The notes: a model not told the origin generated them from the letters alone. A stretch of DNA of 64,000 bases from Octopus sinensis (GCF_006345805.1 NC_042999.1:82584001-82648000), one strand, 5' to 3'; shown: positions 40,258 through 53,340, counted from the first letter of the stretch. Numbers and translations: made by a program.

Positions 40258-41333
40258 CATGCATACATATATATATATACATGCATGCATAATACATAAA
40301 TACATGCATGCATACATACATGCATACTTATATGTATGCATGTATGCATGTATGTATGTATGTATGTATGCATGCATGCATATACGTATGTATGCTTGCA
40401 TGTATGTATGTATCTATGTATATATGTCTGTAAGAATACATGTATAAATGCATGTATGTATGAATGCTTGCATTTATGCATGAATGTATGTATGCATGCA
40501 TGCATATACGTATGTATGCTTGCATGTATGTATGTATGAATGCATGTACCTACGTATACATTTATTATGTATGATTGTATATATATATGTATGTATGTAT
40601 CTATGTATATATGTCTGTAAGAATACATGTATAAATGCATGTATGTATGGAAGTATGTGTATGCATGCATGCATATACGTATGTATGCTTGCATGTATGT
40701 ATGTATGCATTATGAATGCATAGATGCGTATATGTATGCATGTATGCGTATGTATGCATGTATGCATGTATGCATGTATGCATGTATGCGTATGTATGCA
40801 TGTATGCGTATGTATGCATGTATGCGTATGTATGCATGTATGCATGTATGCATGTATGCATGTATGCGTATGTATGTATGTATGTATGTATGTATGTATG
40901 TATGTATGCATTATGAATGCATAGATGCGTATATGTATGCATGTATGTATGAATGCTTGCATTTATGCATGAATGTATGTATGCATGCATGTATGCGTGT
41001 AAGAGTACATGCACGTATTTATGCACGTATGTATGCACGCATGTATGTTTGTATGCATGTATGTATGGAAGTATGTGTATGCATGCATGCATATACGTAT
41101 GTATGCTTGCATGTATGTATGTATCTATGTATATATGTCTGTAAGAATACATGTATAAATGCATGAATGAATGAATGTATGCATGCATATACGTATGTAT
41201 GCTTGTATGCATGTATCTATGTATATATGTCTGTAAGAATACATGCATGCCTGCATGTATGCGTATACGTAGATATGTAACTATGTACGTGCGTATGTAT
41301 GCATGTATGCGTATGTATGCATGTATGTATGTC
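40258..41333. repeat. Complex higher-order repeat built from TATG/TGCA units
   Basis: Block GCATGCATATACGTATGTATGCTTGCATGTATGTATGTATCTATGTATATATGTCTGTAAGAATACATG recurs in whole or part several times. Confidence 0.9.
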
Positions 41334-41476
41334 ATTATTCAGTTTTATTTCAAGATTTCGTGCCAATAGTGAAAGAGCCGTTTTCTAGCATAGATCCAAT
41401 GTTCCTTCATTGGAATTTGAACAACGCCAACAGAGTATTTTTGTATGTTTCTTCTATTTTTTAATTATTATAAACC

Positions 41477-41674
41477 TTCCACTGAGAAGGGAACCGGTTT
41501 CCAATAAAGATTCAAGGCTCCATTTTTAGGATGTAGTTAGCACAGACAAGTTTACATTTGGAACTTGAGAAAAGTTTCCACTGAGAAGGGAACCGGCTTC
41601 CAATAAAGATTCAAGGCTCCATTTTTAGGATGTAGTTAGCACAGACAAATTTACATTTGGAACTTGAGAAAAGT
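41477..41674. repeat. 99-bp tandem duplication (2 differences)
   Basis: Units 41477-41575 and 41576-41674. Confidence 0.95.
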
Positions 41675-41689
41675 TTTGGATATTTTTAC

Positions 41690-42390
41690 TGTTCCAGGAC
41701 AGTCTTTTTGCGGATGGCATTGTAAACTGTTTTAGCAACAACATTGTACCGCATAGAGAGGTAATACCGTGACGAAATTTTAGAACAGCTGCTACTCATA
41801 TGCATGATGTCTTCCACAGAAACATAACATAGCCTACACATGCGGTTGCACTTTGGGATTACAAGAGTTTCACTGTATCTCTTGTTCACCAGATATTTTT
41901 TTGTTAATATCCTGTTCCTGGACTGCAAACGCATAGCCTTTAAAGTGTGATGTAGTTGTCTTGTATCCAAGATAGGCTGCGCTTCTTGTAGATTCTACTG
42001 TCTCCTTCAAGCTTCCGGGCAACATACCCATGCATGTTTTTTTTTATGCTGAGTACTTTCTATCCAGGTGTTCACTGAGTTAAGAGGGCTCATCTATTTT
42101 GGGGCTGTATCAGAAAGAGAGTGCTTCTTGAGGATCTAACTGCCAACTTGTACAATGTTGCTCACTTCACTTTTCAGCACTGCACTTGTATTTATATATT
42201 TATTCTGACTGCTGTTGTTTAGCACGTGCTGTCTGGTTGATACCATATGGCTTCGAAGGCCGTCTGCACTTATCTCAGGCCTCCACCACTTGCATTTCTT
42301 GTTAGGTACAGCCTGTCAACATCACAATTTCTGTAGAAGTTACAAGTTGCTGTCAGTATTTTGCAGATGGCATTGTAAATTGTTTTAGCG
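41690..42390 (-). mobile_element. RLE-type (R4/Dong-like) LINE remnant
   Basis: ILTATCNFYRNCDVDRLYL, CRLCYVSVEDIMHMSSSCSKISSRYYL (CCHC knuckle) and VAKTVYNAIRKK. Confidence 0.8.
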
Positions 42391-43284
42391 ATGTATGTAC
42401 GTATGTATGTATGTATGTATGTATGTATGTATGTATGTATGTATGTATGTATGTATGTATGCGTGTGTGTGTATGCATGTATGTATGTATGCATATGTGC
42501 CGATTTGTATGTTTCGTTTTTTGTATGTATTCTCATGCATATATTTGCATGTCTAGACATGCTCATATATACTTAAATGATATATATGTATGTTTACTGT
42601 TGAATGTCTGACTGCGTCTTCTCAGTTTAGTCAAAAATTATAAAACGAATACCTGCGAAACCATTATGTCCTGATTTATTATCTCATATTGAATGTTTTC
42701 TAACATTCATTTGGATCTGTGGTGCAACACTTAAGTGCTTGAATTAGATTCAAAATTAATCACGTAAAGCAATTATAAAGTTTCCTTTCGTTTTCATTTT
42801 CAGGAAACTATTCATTTTTGCTTTCATTACCGGAATTGATTGGAATTTTACACATCTGTTTTAAAATCCACTATATATCATATTTGCTATTTTTTTATTT
42901 ACTGCAGCCACTCTCACTTTTCATATAATGTCTCTACTTTTTTACACCTGAATCCTAATATCGTTTTTAAAAATATTGACGCTTTCAGTCTTTTCAAATT
43001 CTGTATCACTACTCAATTATAACTCGTCAATAATGTTCATGAATAATATGGGAATATTTGTTTTATCTAAATGCTTTATTTTTTTCATTTGTTATTTTTT
43101 GAAAATGTAATTTTATTGCAAAATGTTCTCAATCATTTTTGAAATAGTTGTTTTAATTTTTTTCTAGTCCCTCGGTCACTGTGTCACTCAATTATCGCGT
43201 TAAACTTTATGTTACACCAAAAACAGACAGTTCTGGGTACTAATGTATTAACGCACATTTGCAAAAGGGGTTTTAATGATCTTG

Positions 43285-43497
43285 TCTACTAAGGCCGCAA
43301 GACCTGAAATTTTGGTGGGAGGGTGCTAGTCGATTTGATCGACTCCAGTACGCAACTGGTACTTATTTATCGACCCTGAAAAGATGAAAAGTAACGCCGG
43401 CCCCGGTGGAATTCGAAGTTAGAACGAGAAGATGGGCGAACTACCGCTAAGTGTATCGCCCGGCGTGCTAACTGTTCTGCCAGCTCACCACCTTTAA
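43285..43497 (-). mobile_element. SINE family A (A1 tail)
   Basis: CAAGACCTGAAATTTTGG..TATCGACCCTGAAAAGATGAAA..CTGCCAGCTCACCACCTT. Confidence 0.9.
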
Positions 43498-43744
43498 AAA
43501 AAAAAGGGGCGGGGTGTGGTTAATAATACCCAAAAATCTATACAATAAGTTACTTTAAAAGTGAAACAACAATAGCGTAAATTATGGCTAATTCCGTACA
43601 TTTACAAAATAATAGAGTAGAAAGAAACAATAATGAATAATCAGACCCGGCTGGCTTCTGATGTTTTAGCACACAGAAGTCACTCCTGCGCCTATTTCTT
43701 ATTTAAATACCGCTAAGTATTTCGCCCGACGTGCTAACATTTCT

Positions 43745-43975
43745 TATTTCTTTATAGCCCACAAGGGGCTAAACATAGAGGGGACAAACAAGGACAGTCA
43801 AAGGGATTAAGTCGATTACATCAAACCCAGTGCGTAACTGGTACTTAATTTATCGACCCCGAAAGGATGAAAGGCAAATTCAACCACGGTTGAATTTGAA
43901 CTCAGAACGTAAAGGCGGACGAAATACCGCTAAGCATTTCGTCCGGTATGCTAACGTTTCTGTCAGCTCTCCGCT
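43745..43975 (-). mobile_element. SINE family A (A2 tail), abutting a short family A head fragment (43705-43744)
   Basis: GCTAACATTTCT|TATTTCTTTATAGCCCACAAGGGGCTAAAC. Confidence 0.9.
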
Positions 43976-44523
43976 TGTTGATCTTTGTAATGGCATCCGG
44001 TGTAATAAACCAAAAGAAGTGGTAATTTTTGCATTATTTTCTAGTTCGTTTCGCAGAAAATATAAGATACGAGCAAAAAACAGATGTCACTACCTTTGTC
44101 ACAACTTATGGTACGCCATATCACTTCGACCCATTTCCCAGAAATCCTACTTCAAAGGATATTAGAAAGAAAAAGCCTTTCTCAGGAATGTCTGTTTAAG
44201 AGCTATGAGATTTGTTAAGCAGAGCTTTAAGACAAAAATTTATCAGAGTGATCGAAGCTTATATGTGCACCATAAAGTAGCAGGAAATTAGCCTTACTCA
44301 TTGATCTAATCGCATCGCGTTAAGAACAAACATCTTCTTCAAATGAATTATAAGCAGATCTCGTGTGCCCTGGAAGTGACCAAAAATTTTGATTTTGCTC
44401 TGTGACGAAATCGATGGTTCATAATTTATGTGAGTGTTTAAATTCTTCATATATAAAAGAATAAATAGAATGTGTCGATTTCTTTTTATTTCATAAGATG
44501 ATAAAACTAGTGAAGATGCTTAC

Positions 44524-44599
44524 CCTTTCTTGCAGGTTAAGAATCCACGTAGAGGCTCCCTCCTTGATGTTCTTATTGTCTGCTTCCCTTTTTTACAAC
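44524..44599 (-). other. Candidate 76-nt coding exon (unverified)
   Basis: atattttag|..AGAAAGG|gtaagc; only one frame is open (xCKKGKQTIRTSRREPLRGFLTCKKG); lies in non-repeat DNA. Confidence 0.3.
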
Positions 44600-44773
44600 C
44601 TAAAATATAACGAGTCCAGTGATTTACTGTTATTATAATGCATACATAAAAAATAGATCGAATTTTCACAGAACTTTTTGTTTATTGTTAATAAATTACA
44701 CACTCAAGAGGTCCATATTCAATTTGGTTTACTGACACACATCTCGAAGTTGATTTTGTCGTTTATTGCCATT

Positions 44774-44956
44774 GGCGTAGGAATGGCAGTGTGGTAACCA
44801 GCTTGCTAACGAACCACATGGTTCCGGCAAAAGAGACCGATATAATAAGTACTAGGCTTACAAAGAATAAGTCCTGGGGTCCATTTGCTCGACTAAAGGC
44901 GGTGCTCTAGCATGGCCACAGTCAAAAGACTGAAACAAGTAAAAGAGTAAAAGAGT
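44774..44956 (+). mobile_element. SINE family B with an internal deletion
   Basis: Head GGCGTAGGAATGGCAGTGTGGTAA..CATGGTTCCGG joined directly to CAAAAGAGACCGAT..AAAAGAGTAAAAGAGT. Confidence 0.9.
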
Positions 44957-45821
44957 TAGCGTCATGATTGTGGCTAACAAGCATTTTATCATATTACATT
45001 TATATTTTTCCTAAAGTTATTATTTAACTAGCAAAGAATGACTAAAACAGTTGTATTGCTATATCTACGCCCACTACCGCTTTCGTTGTCCACGTATCCA
45101 GTCCTCGAGGGTGGTATCCCTCTCTTAGATAAATTCTAAGTTAGCCAGATGCATAATATCCCTCTTCAAGCTCTGGCGTCACAAACGTCTCTCCTGTTCG
45201 TTCTTTCGCTAACCCCTGTATGACTGATTCTTGCTGACCAGAAACACGACTCAGTTCACGTTTTTACAACTACATTCCTCAATTCGTAGGTTCTCGAGCT
45301 GAGCATAAAACAAAGAAATTTAAGCAGTTTCTAAGGGTTTTGCGCTGATTATAGTCTCAGCTTTTTTACCACCTCACTGTAAATACCAAAAATGTGTGTT
45401 CTTATGTGTCGGGGTATGCGTACATGTACATACGTATGTACCCATACCGATAGGCTGCATATATATACGTAAATATTTTTGTATATGCATTCATATGAAT
45501 GTGTGCTTGTATACACATGTGTGTGAGGGAATAGTGTTTTTAGGAATCTGTGCATATACGCGTACATTATTAAGATAGTCACTCCTTTGTTCTCATTCTT
45601 CCATTTGCTCCCTCTCTGGCACACTCTAACACTCTCTTCGTCTCTCTCTCTTTCTCTCTAATTTTTAGCTTTCCTTCTCTCTTCCCTCCTCCCTCACTCA
45701 CTCTCTCTCTCTCTTTCTCTTCATGGACTTTTCATACTTGTCTGTATTTGTATCAGCGTACGTCAAATGACACTCCATCTCACAATTTCCTTCTGTATGC
45801 AGGCACTATATGCATGTATTG

Positions 45822-45883
<62 letters not shown>

Positions 45884-45904
45884 TGTGTGTGTGTGTGTGT
45901 GTAA

Positions 45905-46465
45905 CTACGTATGCATACGTATCAGTATGGGTGTATATAGAGAGCATACATACACACATATATGCGTATATGGATAGTTAGGGAGATAGAGCGAGAGAGT
46001 GTGTGCATATGTATATGTAGATATGTATATGTATGTATACACAAACATATATATATATACAAATATATAAAAACAAATGCATCGATATGTATGAGTATGT
46101 ACGTGTATGTAAGTATACATGCATAAATGTATGCATGTATGTATGCAATTATGCACTTACATGTGTATTTATGTATGTATGTAAAATGTATGTATGCATG
46201 TCTGTATGAATGTATGCATATATGTGCGTGTGCATGCAAGCATGTATGCATGTATGCAGGTATGTATGCATGTATGCATACATGTATGTATGTATATACG
46301 TATATATGTATGCATGCAAGTATGTGTGTATGTATACATGCGAGTATGTATGTATGCATGTATGTATACATGTATATACGTATATATGTATGCATGCAAG
46401 TATGTGTGTATGTATGCATCCGAATATGTATATATATATGTATGTATTCATCTATGTATATATGA
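45905..46465. repeat. Degenerate purine-pyrimidine (TATG/TGCA) low-complexity tract
   Basis: Seen directly. Confidence 0.9.
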
Positions 46466-46904
46466 CAACTTTAACACACACGGTGCAGGTACATACAGAA
46501 AACAACAAGTCGAAACCAATCAACAGCTACATAATAGGCTAATGAACACATTATATTCTATGCAGAAATTGCATTTTCGCCGACAACATTTCTAAGTTAT
46601 CAATGTCCATTTTGTTCTTGTATTTCTATGCTTGCTTACTATCTTTCTTCCTTTCTTTTTCTCTTTCTTTCTTTCTTTCTTTCTGTCATTCTGCTTTTCT
46701 TTCGTTCTTCCTTTGCTTCTTTCTTTCTGCCTTTCTTTCTATGATTTTTTTTTCTTCTTCTTTCTATTTTCATAGTTTCAGAAAGAGCTCATTTGTCATC
46801 TGATTTAAACTGTTACAAAGAAACTTCTTTGCTATTCTGAAAATGTCAACACCCAACCAATATGATATTTGTACGTTGTCTAATTTATTTTTGCTCTTTC
46901 TTGG

Positions 46905-46978
<74 letters not shown>

Positions 46979-47949
46979 CATACATACACATATACACAAA
47001 CATATATTTATATACATATACACATATATATATATATACATGTACACACACACACTTGTATATATATATATATCTGCTGTTATTTCTCACTTCTTATGTC
47101 TTCATGTTTTATGTGTATGTTTCATGTGTATGTATATCCATACACACTCACGCATACACACGCACACCATATGTGTAATATATATATATATATATATACA
47201 TATCCATACATATATTCAGGTATATATATGTATATATATAAATATATATATGTGTGTGTAGCTGTGTGTGTATGTGTGAGTGTATGACTTAATAGATTTT
47301 TAACGATCTGAGATTTCACTAGAGTATTTTTTTATTTAAATAAAAAGGCTCGGAGAGAAATTAAAAGAATTATATTCAAAAATGTATCACTGACACATTA
47401 AAAAAAATATATACACTCACAGCAACAACACACATACACACACACACACATGCACATACACACACACATATACACATATGCACACACATACATACACACA
47501 CGCCAATTTTGGATCTAAAAAATATAACATCATTCAGAGAAATGAAAGTAAAAGCAGACATTCATGGGTGACAAATGATATGTTTCCAGTTGCACAATTC
47601 AAAGGACAAATTCACTTTTATGCTAATCATTGTTGAGGCACTGAGAATAAGGCTCACCTATTTTAAGGGGGGAAAAGGGAGAGGAGAGAAAATAAGTGCA
47701 AAAGAAAGGAGCAGATAGATTTTTCATGTCCTTTTCACAATTGTTAATGCTTTATTTCTTATTCTAAATTTTAGAAAAAATGTTGATATATTTTAGGTAT
47801 CGTTTTGATTATGTGTAACACACATACCCACTCACTCAGACACACACACACATACACACACACACAAGCACACGCACGCACACTCACACACATACATATA
47901 TGTGTGTGTGTATGTATATATGTTTATACATGTGTGTGTATAAAATATA

Positions 47950-48132
47950 GAGGGGAGAGAGGAGAGAGGAGAGAAAGAGTAGAGAGAGCGGAGAGGGAGA
48001 GAGGAAGGAGAGATAGGGGAGATAGGGGAGATAGGGGAGATGGGGAGGGGAGAAGGGAGAGAGGGAAGAGAGGGGGAGAGGGAGAAGGGGAAGAGAGGAG
48101 GAGAGCAAGAGAGGAGGAGGGAAAGAGAGAGA
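47950..48132. repeat. Polypurine (GA/GGA-rich) tract
   Basis: About 180 bp almost entirely G/A, including GGAGATAGGG repeats. Confidence 0.9.
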
Positions 48133-49099
48133 ATTTCAGAATTTGCAATGTTAAAATGGCTACATAGACTAGGATGATAGAATTGCATAAATATCTTGTA
48201 AAATGTTTTTTAAAAATTGACAATTGTAGGACGTTTATGCAAAAACATTAAACAGCCCATTGGTCGTATGTCTATATATATTTTTTTTATTGTTCCTTTT
48301 ATTTTTCACAAATTCCTTCTTTACTCTTGTCTATAATTGTGTTCCTCTTTCTAAACCTGCATGAGCGTAGACACGCGTACGAATATGCATTTGTCGACGC
48401 TATATAATTTGACATTCAAACAGCTTTTGAATATTGCATCGGATATAACGTTGAAGAGATATTCCCTCCGATAACATCTTTTAACCTCGAAGCGTCGAAA
48501 TACATTCATGGATTAATTCTGCATTCATGGATAAATTCTGCATTCATGAGGCAAACATCATCATAAGAGTTTGAAAGGAGCTGTCAGAAAGTATTCCCTG
48601 ATTAATGGTTAAGGATATACACGCAGTGAAGTTGCACAGTTCTGCAGCTACAGATCATCAAATGAAAGGCTGTATGTTCATTAATAGAAAATCATGCCTG
48701 GCTATGTTGTCAGAAACCCTCAAATTGATCATATTTAGACAGCTGTCTATTACGAAATACTTTTGCTAACCAGAAACAATATCTGATACATAAAGAAAAA
48801 GAGCTACAAGATATAGGCAACGATAATTTACCTAGAAGCAACAAATGATACAGATCATCATAAAATATCAGCACGGTAATACTCAAACATTATGCAATGC
48901 AAGAGAAAAACAAGTGTGCACAGTTGTGGAAAGAACATCTTAATAGTAACTTCAGGGCTCTGAAATGTCTACTTCAACACAACGATGAGAAAACTGAATT
49001 TTTGTTAAATGCCTGCGACGGCTTGCCTTATTCTGCGACCGACGTAATCAACCGACGGATAACTTGAATAACTATGATAAATTTGCGTTTAAAACTATT

Positions 49100-49600
49100 A
49101 ATATACTACCACCTAACTCAATGTCTTCACTTTTAAAAATGGTCTTTACTCTGTAAACATAAAATTCTACGTGGTTTGATATACATGATAGAATGGAATT
49201 GGATCTCTTAGGCCCAAGAATCTCTAATTTTCTCTGAAAGATTTATGTTGTAACCCATGTGTACAACCGATTAACCCTACAAAATCTAATAAGACGGATA
49301 TATATGCCCTAGACTCTATAGATTGGTTCGAAAATATGGAGGATAAAAATAAAACTAGATTCTTCCAATTCGACATCAACAACTATTATTCTTCCATTAC
49401 ACAACCCCGTAGTCCTGAATATTCTAGAATATGTTAAACTATTCCCGGAAAACAGTAACATGAGCTACAGGATATCCACCATGATAAAAAAAATACCAAA
49501 ATAATTTGAAGAATATTTCTAGATAAAAAGATATCCAATCCTTCTCGTTTATTTATGTATGAAGGGCAATTCAACATCTATTTTATTTATTTATGAATAC
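49100..49600 (+). mobile_element. Penelope-like RT remnant, highly decayed
   Basis: IDWFENMEDKNKTRFFQFDINNYYSSIT matches the PLE 'AIDWF..I..K...F.QFDI..FYPSI' motif, also seen at ~24060. Confidence 0.65.
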
Positions 49601-50191
49601 AATTCAGCATCATGCAATGGAAGATTCGCGGTGGTGAGAGATCTACTTGTGTCAAAAGGATAGATTGATTAAAATGAAAAATGATAGGTCTGCACCTTAG
49701 ACAGGATTTTTAAAATAGCAATAGGCAAGGCTTTATGAATCACTGTATTAGACGAATAAATATATAACCAGTTTAAGACTATCACCAAGGATTTAGTTCA
49801 AAATGTAACATATAAGATTTCCACAATTTCTAATAATGAGCATATATTTAACAATCACACCACTTACTGAAACAAAGTAATGAGACGAAACGTCTTCTAT
49901 GAAAATATATAATATCTGCCAAGTACTCGGAGAAGAGAGAAACGGAAGCGAGAAAGGCGGAGAAAAATGAGCGTGCTATAATCCACTGCGTAACTGCGAA
50001 GCTGTTGCAACACAGCTTACCAGAATAATCTTCCTTCTTCTTGACAAGAATTTCTTTTCTCCCAGTATTAGTACAGTAATATTTTCAACAGTAATGCTGT
50101 AAAACACTCTCACTCTACCACGCCTTATATATTGCTTCCTCCAGTGGAGTTAAATTTAGCTCAGCAAAAATGATGATACACATTACAATAA

Positions 50192-50625
50192 CGGTTTCAT
50201 ATTTTGGCACAAGGTCAGCAATTTCGTGTGAGGTGGTAAGCCGATCACATTAACTCCAGTGTCCATATTTCATCGATTTCAAGAGGATGAAAGGCTAACT
50301 CTACCTCGCCGGAATTTGAACTCAGAACGTATAGACGGACCAAATACCTCTAAGCATGCCCGGCATGTTAACGATTCTGCCAGCTCGCCGCCTTAATACA
50401 TATTACAATAATCCTTTTTTACTATAAGCACAAGGCCTGAAATTTTGGGGAGGGAGACAGTCGATCACATCGACCCCAGTGTTTCACTGATACTTAATTT
50501 ATCGACTCCGAAAGGATGAAAGGCAAAGTCAACCTCGGTAGAATTTGAAATCAGAACGTAGTGACGGGCGAAATACCGCAAAGCATCACGTCTAGCGTGC
50601 TAACGATTCTGCAAGCTCACGGCTT
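50192..50625 (-). mobile_element. Two tandem SINE family A copies; the first has a 16-bp TSD
   Basis: TSD ATACA(C/T)ATTACAATAA at 50176-50191 and 50396-50411. Confidence 0.9.
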
Positions 50626-50779
50626 TCAGTACAGGAGGAATTCCAACCACGTTTCGTAGTTCGCTACCTAAACAGCTCCTCTAACGGATCCAGTGGCTAA
50701 GTACATCATCAGGAATAATAATAACCACAATAACAAGTATAACAAAATGAACGATACTACTAATGGGAAAAATAATAAT

Positions 50780-51058
50780 AATCATTTCTACTGGAGGCAT
50801 AGTGCCTGAAATTTAAGCGGGGAGGAGACTAGTCGATTAGATCGACCCTAGTGTTTCACTGGTACTTAACTTATCAACCCCGTAAGAATGAAAGGTAAAG
50901 TCGACCTCGGCGGAATTTGAACTCGGAACGTAGCGGCAGACGAAATACCTATTTCTTTACTACCCACAAGGGGCTAAACACAGAGGGGACAAACAAGGAC
51001 AGACAAACGGATTAAGTCGATTATATCGACCCCAGTGCGTAACTGGTACTTACTTATC
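50780..51058 (-). mobile_element. Composite SINE A1::A2, copy 1 (A2 part truncated)
   Basis: Junction GACGAAATACC|TATTTCTTTAC at 50949/50950. Confidence 0.9.
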
Positions 51059-51059
51059 C

Positions 51060-53340
51060 CGTTATCTTTGCAATCCAGTTCTTGATTTCCAGTTATATTT
51101 AGTGACTCTAAGAAAACAGAGTACAGTACGACCTCTCTTCGCAGGTCCTAGCAAGAGCTGCCCCTTACTTAGAGGGCAAGACACCTTGTAATTTTGGCAT
51201 GCAATCTAAATCTTCTTTTCTAAGATATCACTCTGAAGCGAAAATCATACATGGCGATTTCCTGCAAAATTTTATAAATCCTGCAACGATTTATATATCT
51301 TTTCTGAACTATATATCTTCAGGAACCCAGAGAGAACACCACAGTGATGAATCGATGGTTTTCAATTATCCCATCCACTCTCTAATTTCAACTGCTTCTA
51401 AAGCTCTTACACAACTCATTATTTTCCACTTATTCCGCCTCCCCCTCATTCATTCCTCTCTATATTTCCTTACTCCAGTTATCTCAGATCCCTATGGCTT
51501 CTATCTTTCCATTCTTTTTAAACCGTCACTGTATCTTATTCACTATAAAACAATATGTAATATTATTTTAATTGTTGTTTCTCCCAACTACACTACAAAG
51601 AGATAAAATAATCGCAATAGTACATTTTTATAGTTATCAATCCCAGCCAGAAAAAGCCGGCAGACCAGAATTGTTTCTTACTTAACAGTAATTTTAACAA
51701 CCAATGGTTTTTCTTTCCATGTCTTCTTTCTTCCTTCTCTCTTCAACTCAACTTCATAGATATTTATCCATCTACCTCATCGTGCCCTCTAGTAAGATAA
51801 GATGAGCTAGAACAATAAATATCATGAATCTGTTCCAAACCATTACATTATAGTGGAAATATTGTAAGTGCAATAAAAATAATTATATAACTATATCGCT
51901 GAGTATCATAATTTATAATCATTATTATAATTATTGTTAATTTCTTTTTTATTAACGTATGAAATACTGTTGCATTTTCTCCCAACACTTAGTTATGGTC
52001 AATATTACTTTGTGTCACGGGTTTCATGCCCGCTTTTTCCCAGCAACGATTATTTGTTTTGGAATGAGACAATTCTAGGATAATAACGATAACCATAATG
52101 AGAATATTTTATTACCTACCAACAACAATAACGGTTGGTAAAGTTGACACTAGTAATATTACTACAGGGGGCGTCCTCACAATTTTGTAACAGTAACGTT
52201 ATTATTAATCTAGTTTATTCAATTATCTAATTCTCTTGCCATTCTATTACATATCGCTGGACACTATATCACTAACTAAATACATTAATTTCCCTTATCC
52301 CAGCTATCAACGATATGGATGTTGGCGAAATCGCTTGCATAGGATCCAATCACATCCCGTTTCTTTCCATTCTACAGTAACTGGGCTTTGCAAAAGAAGC
52401 GAGATATTTTAACCCGTACTCAAATAAACGCCCTAATGGCTTAAATCTGTTTAATACCTATCACACATATTTCGGATTAATGTACATAGACCGACTTTGT
52501 CCAATCTGCCTCACTTATTTTTCTGTCGCTTTTAGTTCCCTACAATATCGTTTAAAATGTGGTTTTCTCTATATGTTATTCTGATCTCTTATATAATCCT
52601 TTCTATTATAGGCACAAAGCCTGAAATTTTGGCAGGAGGGAGCTACTCGATTACATTGACTCCAGTGTTTCACTGGTGATAATTTTATCGATCCCGAAAG
52701 GATGAAAGGAAAAGTCGACCTCGGTAGAATTTCAACTCAGAACGTAATAACGGACGAAATACCTATTTCTTTACCATCCACAAGGGGTTAAACACAGAGA
52801 GAACAAACAAGGACAGACAAACGGATTAAGTCGATTATATCGACCCCAGTGCGTAACTGATACTTATTTAATCGACCCCGAAAGGATGAAAGGCAAAGTC
52901 GACCTCGGCGGAATTTGAACTCAGAACGTAACGGCAGACGAAATACCGGTTGGCATTTCGCCCGGCGAGCTAACGTTTCCGCCAGCTCGCCGCTTTTCTG
53001 ATTTCTTATATAATGCTAGATAGTTCTAATTCCACTTAATTCTAACCACGTTAATAAACTGTAAACATTTGTTTGCATATACACAAATCATTCACGACTA
53101 TAACCATAGTTTACTCCCAACTGTCTTACGGTTAGAGTGAACTACCACAGTACATGATTAATTTACACTTATTTCTTGTTAATTTCTTCTCTGTCATGTC
53201 TCCATTAGGTAATCAACTCCCAACCACCCTATGCTCAGCCTAAGTTTGCATTAAAAGCTACTAGTGTTCTCGTTACTATATTTTCTTTTCCGTTAAGCTT
53301 TAATTTCCTTAACAAAGTCATAAGATTTATCTTCTCTCGA
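51060..53340 (-). mobile_element. Probable old, AT-decayed L1/Tx1-type ORF2 remnant, interrupted by SINEs
   Basis: Only faint, collinear traces (a QGCPLS-like position near 52150-52190 and a G.IT.EE-like position near 53170-53200); no long ORF. Confidence 0.35.
52598..52995 (-). mobile_element. Composite SINE A1::A2, copy 2
   Basis: Same junction GACGAAATACC|TATTTCTTTAC at 52763/52764; a single head at the right end. Confidence 0.9.

Noticed and set aside
40258-41333. Repeat-spacer look that might suggest CRISPR
   Set aside because: Eukaryotic context, no constant repeat with unique spacers, no cas genes; it is a microsatellite-derived array.
48503-48548. 19-bp tandem repeat (2.4 units), and the similar 20-bp duplication at 24731-24768
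   Set aside because: Ordinary local slippage duplications with no further structure.
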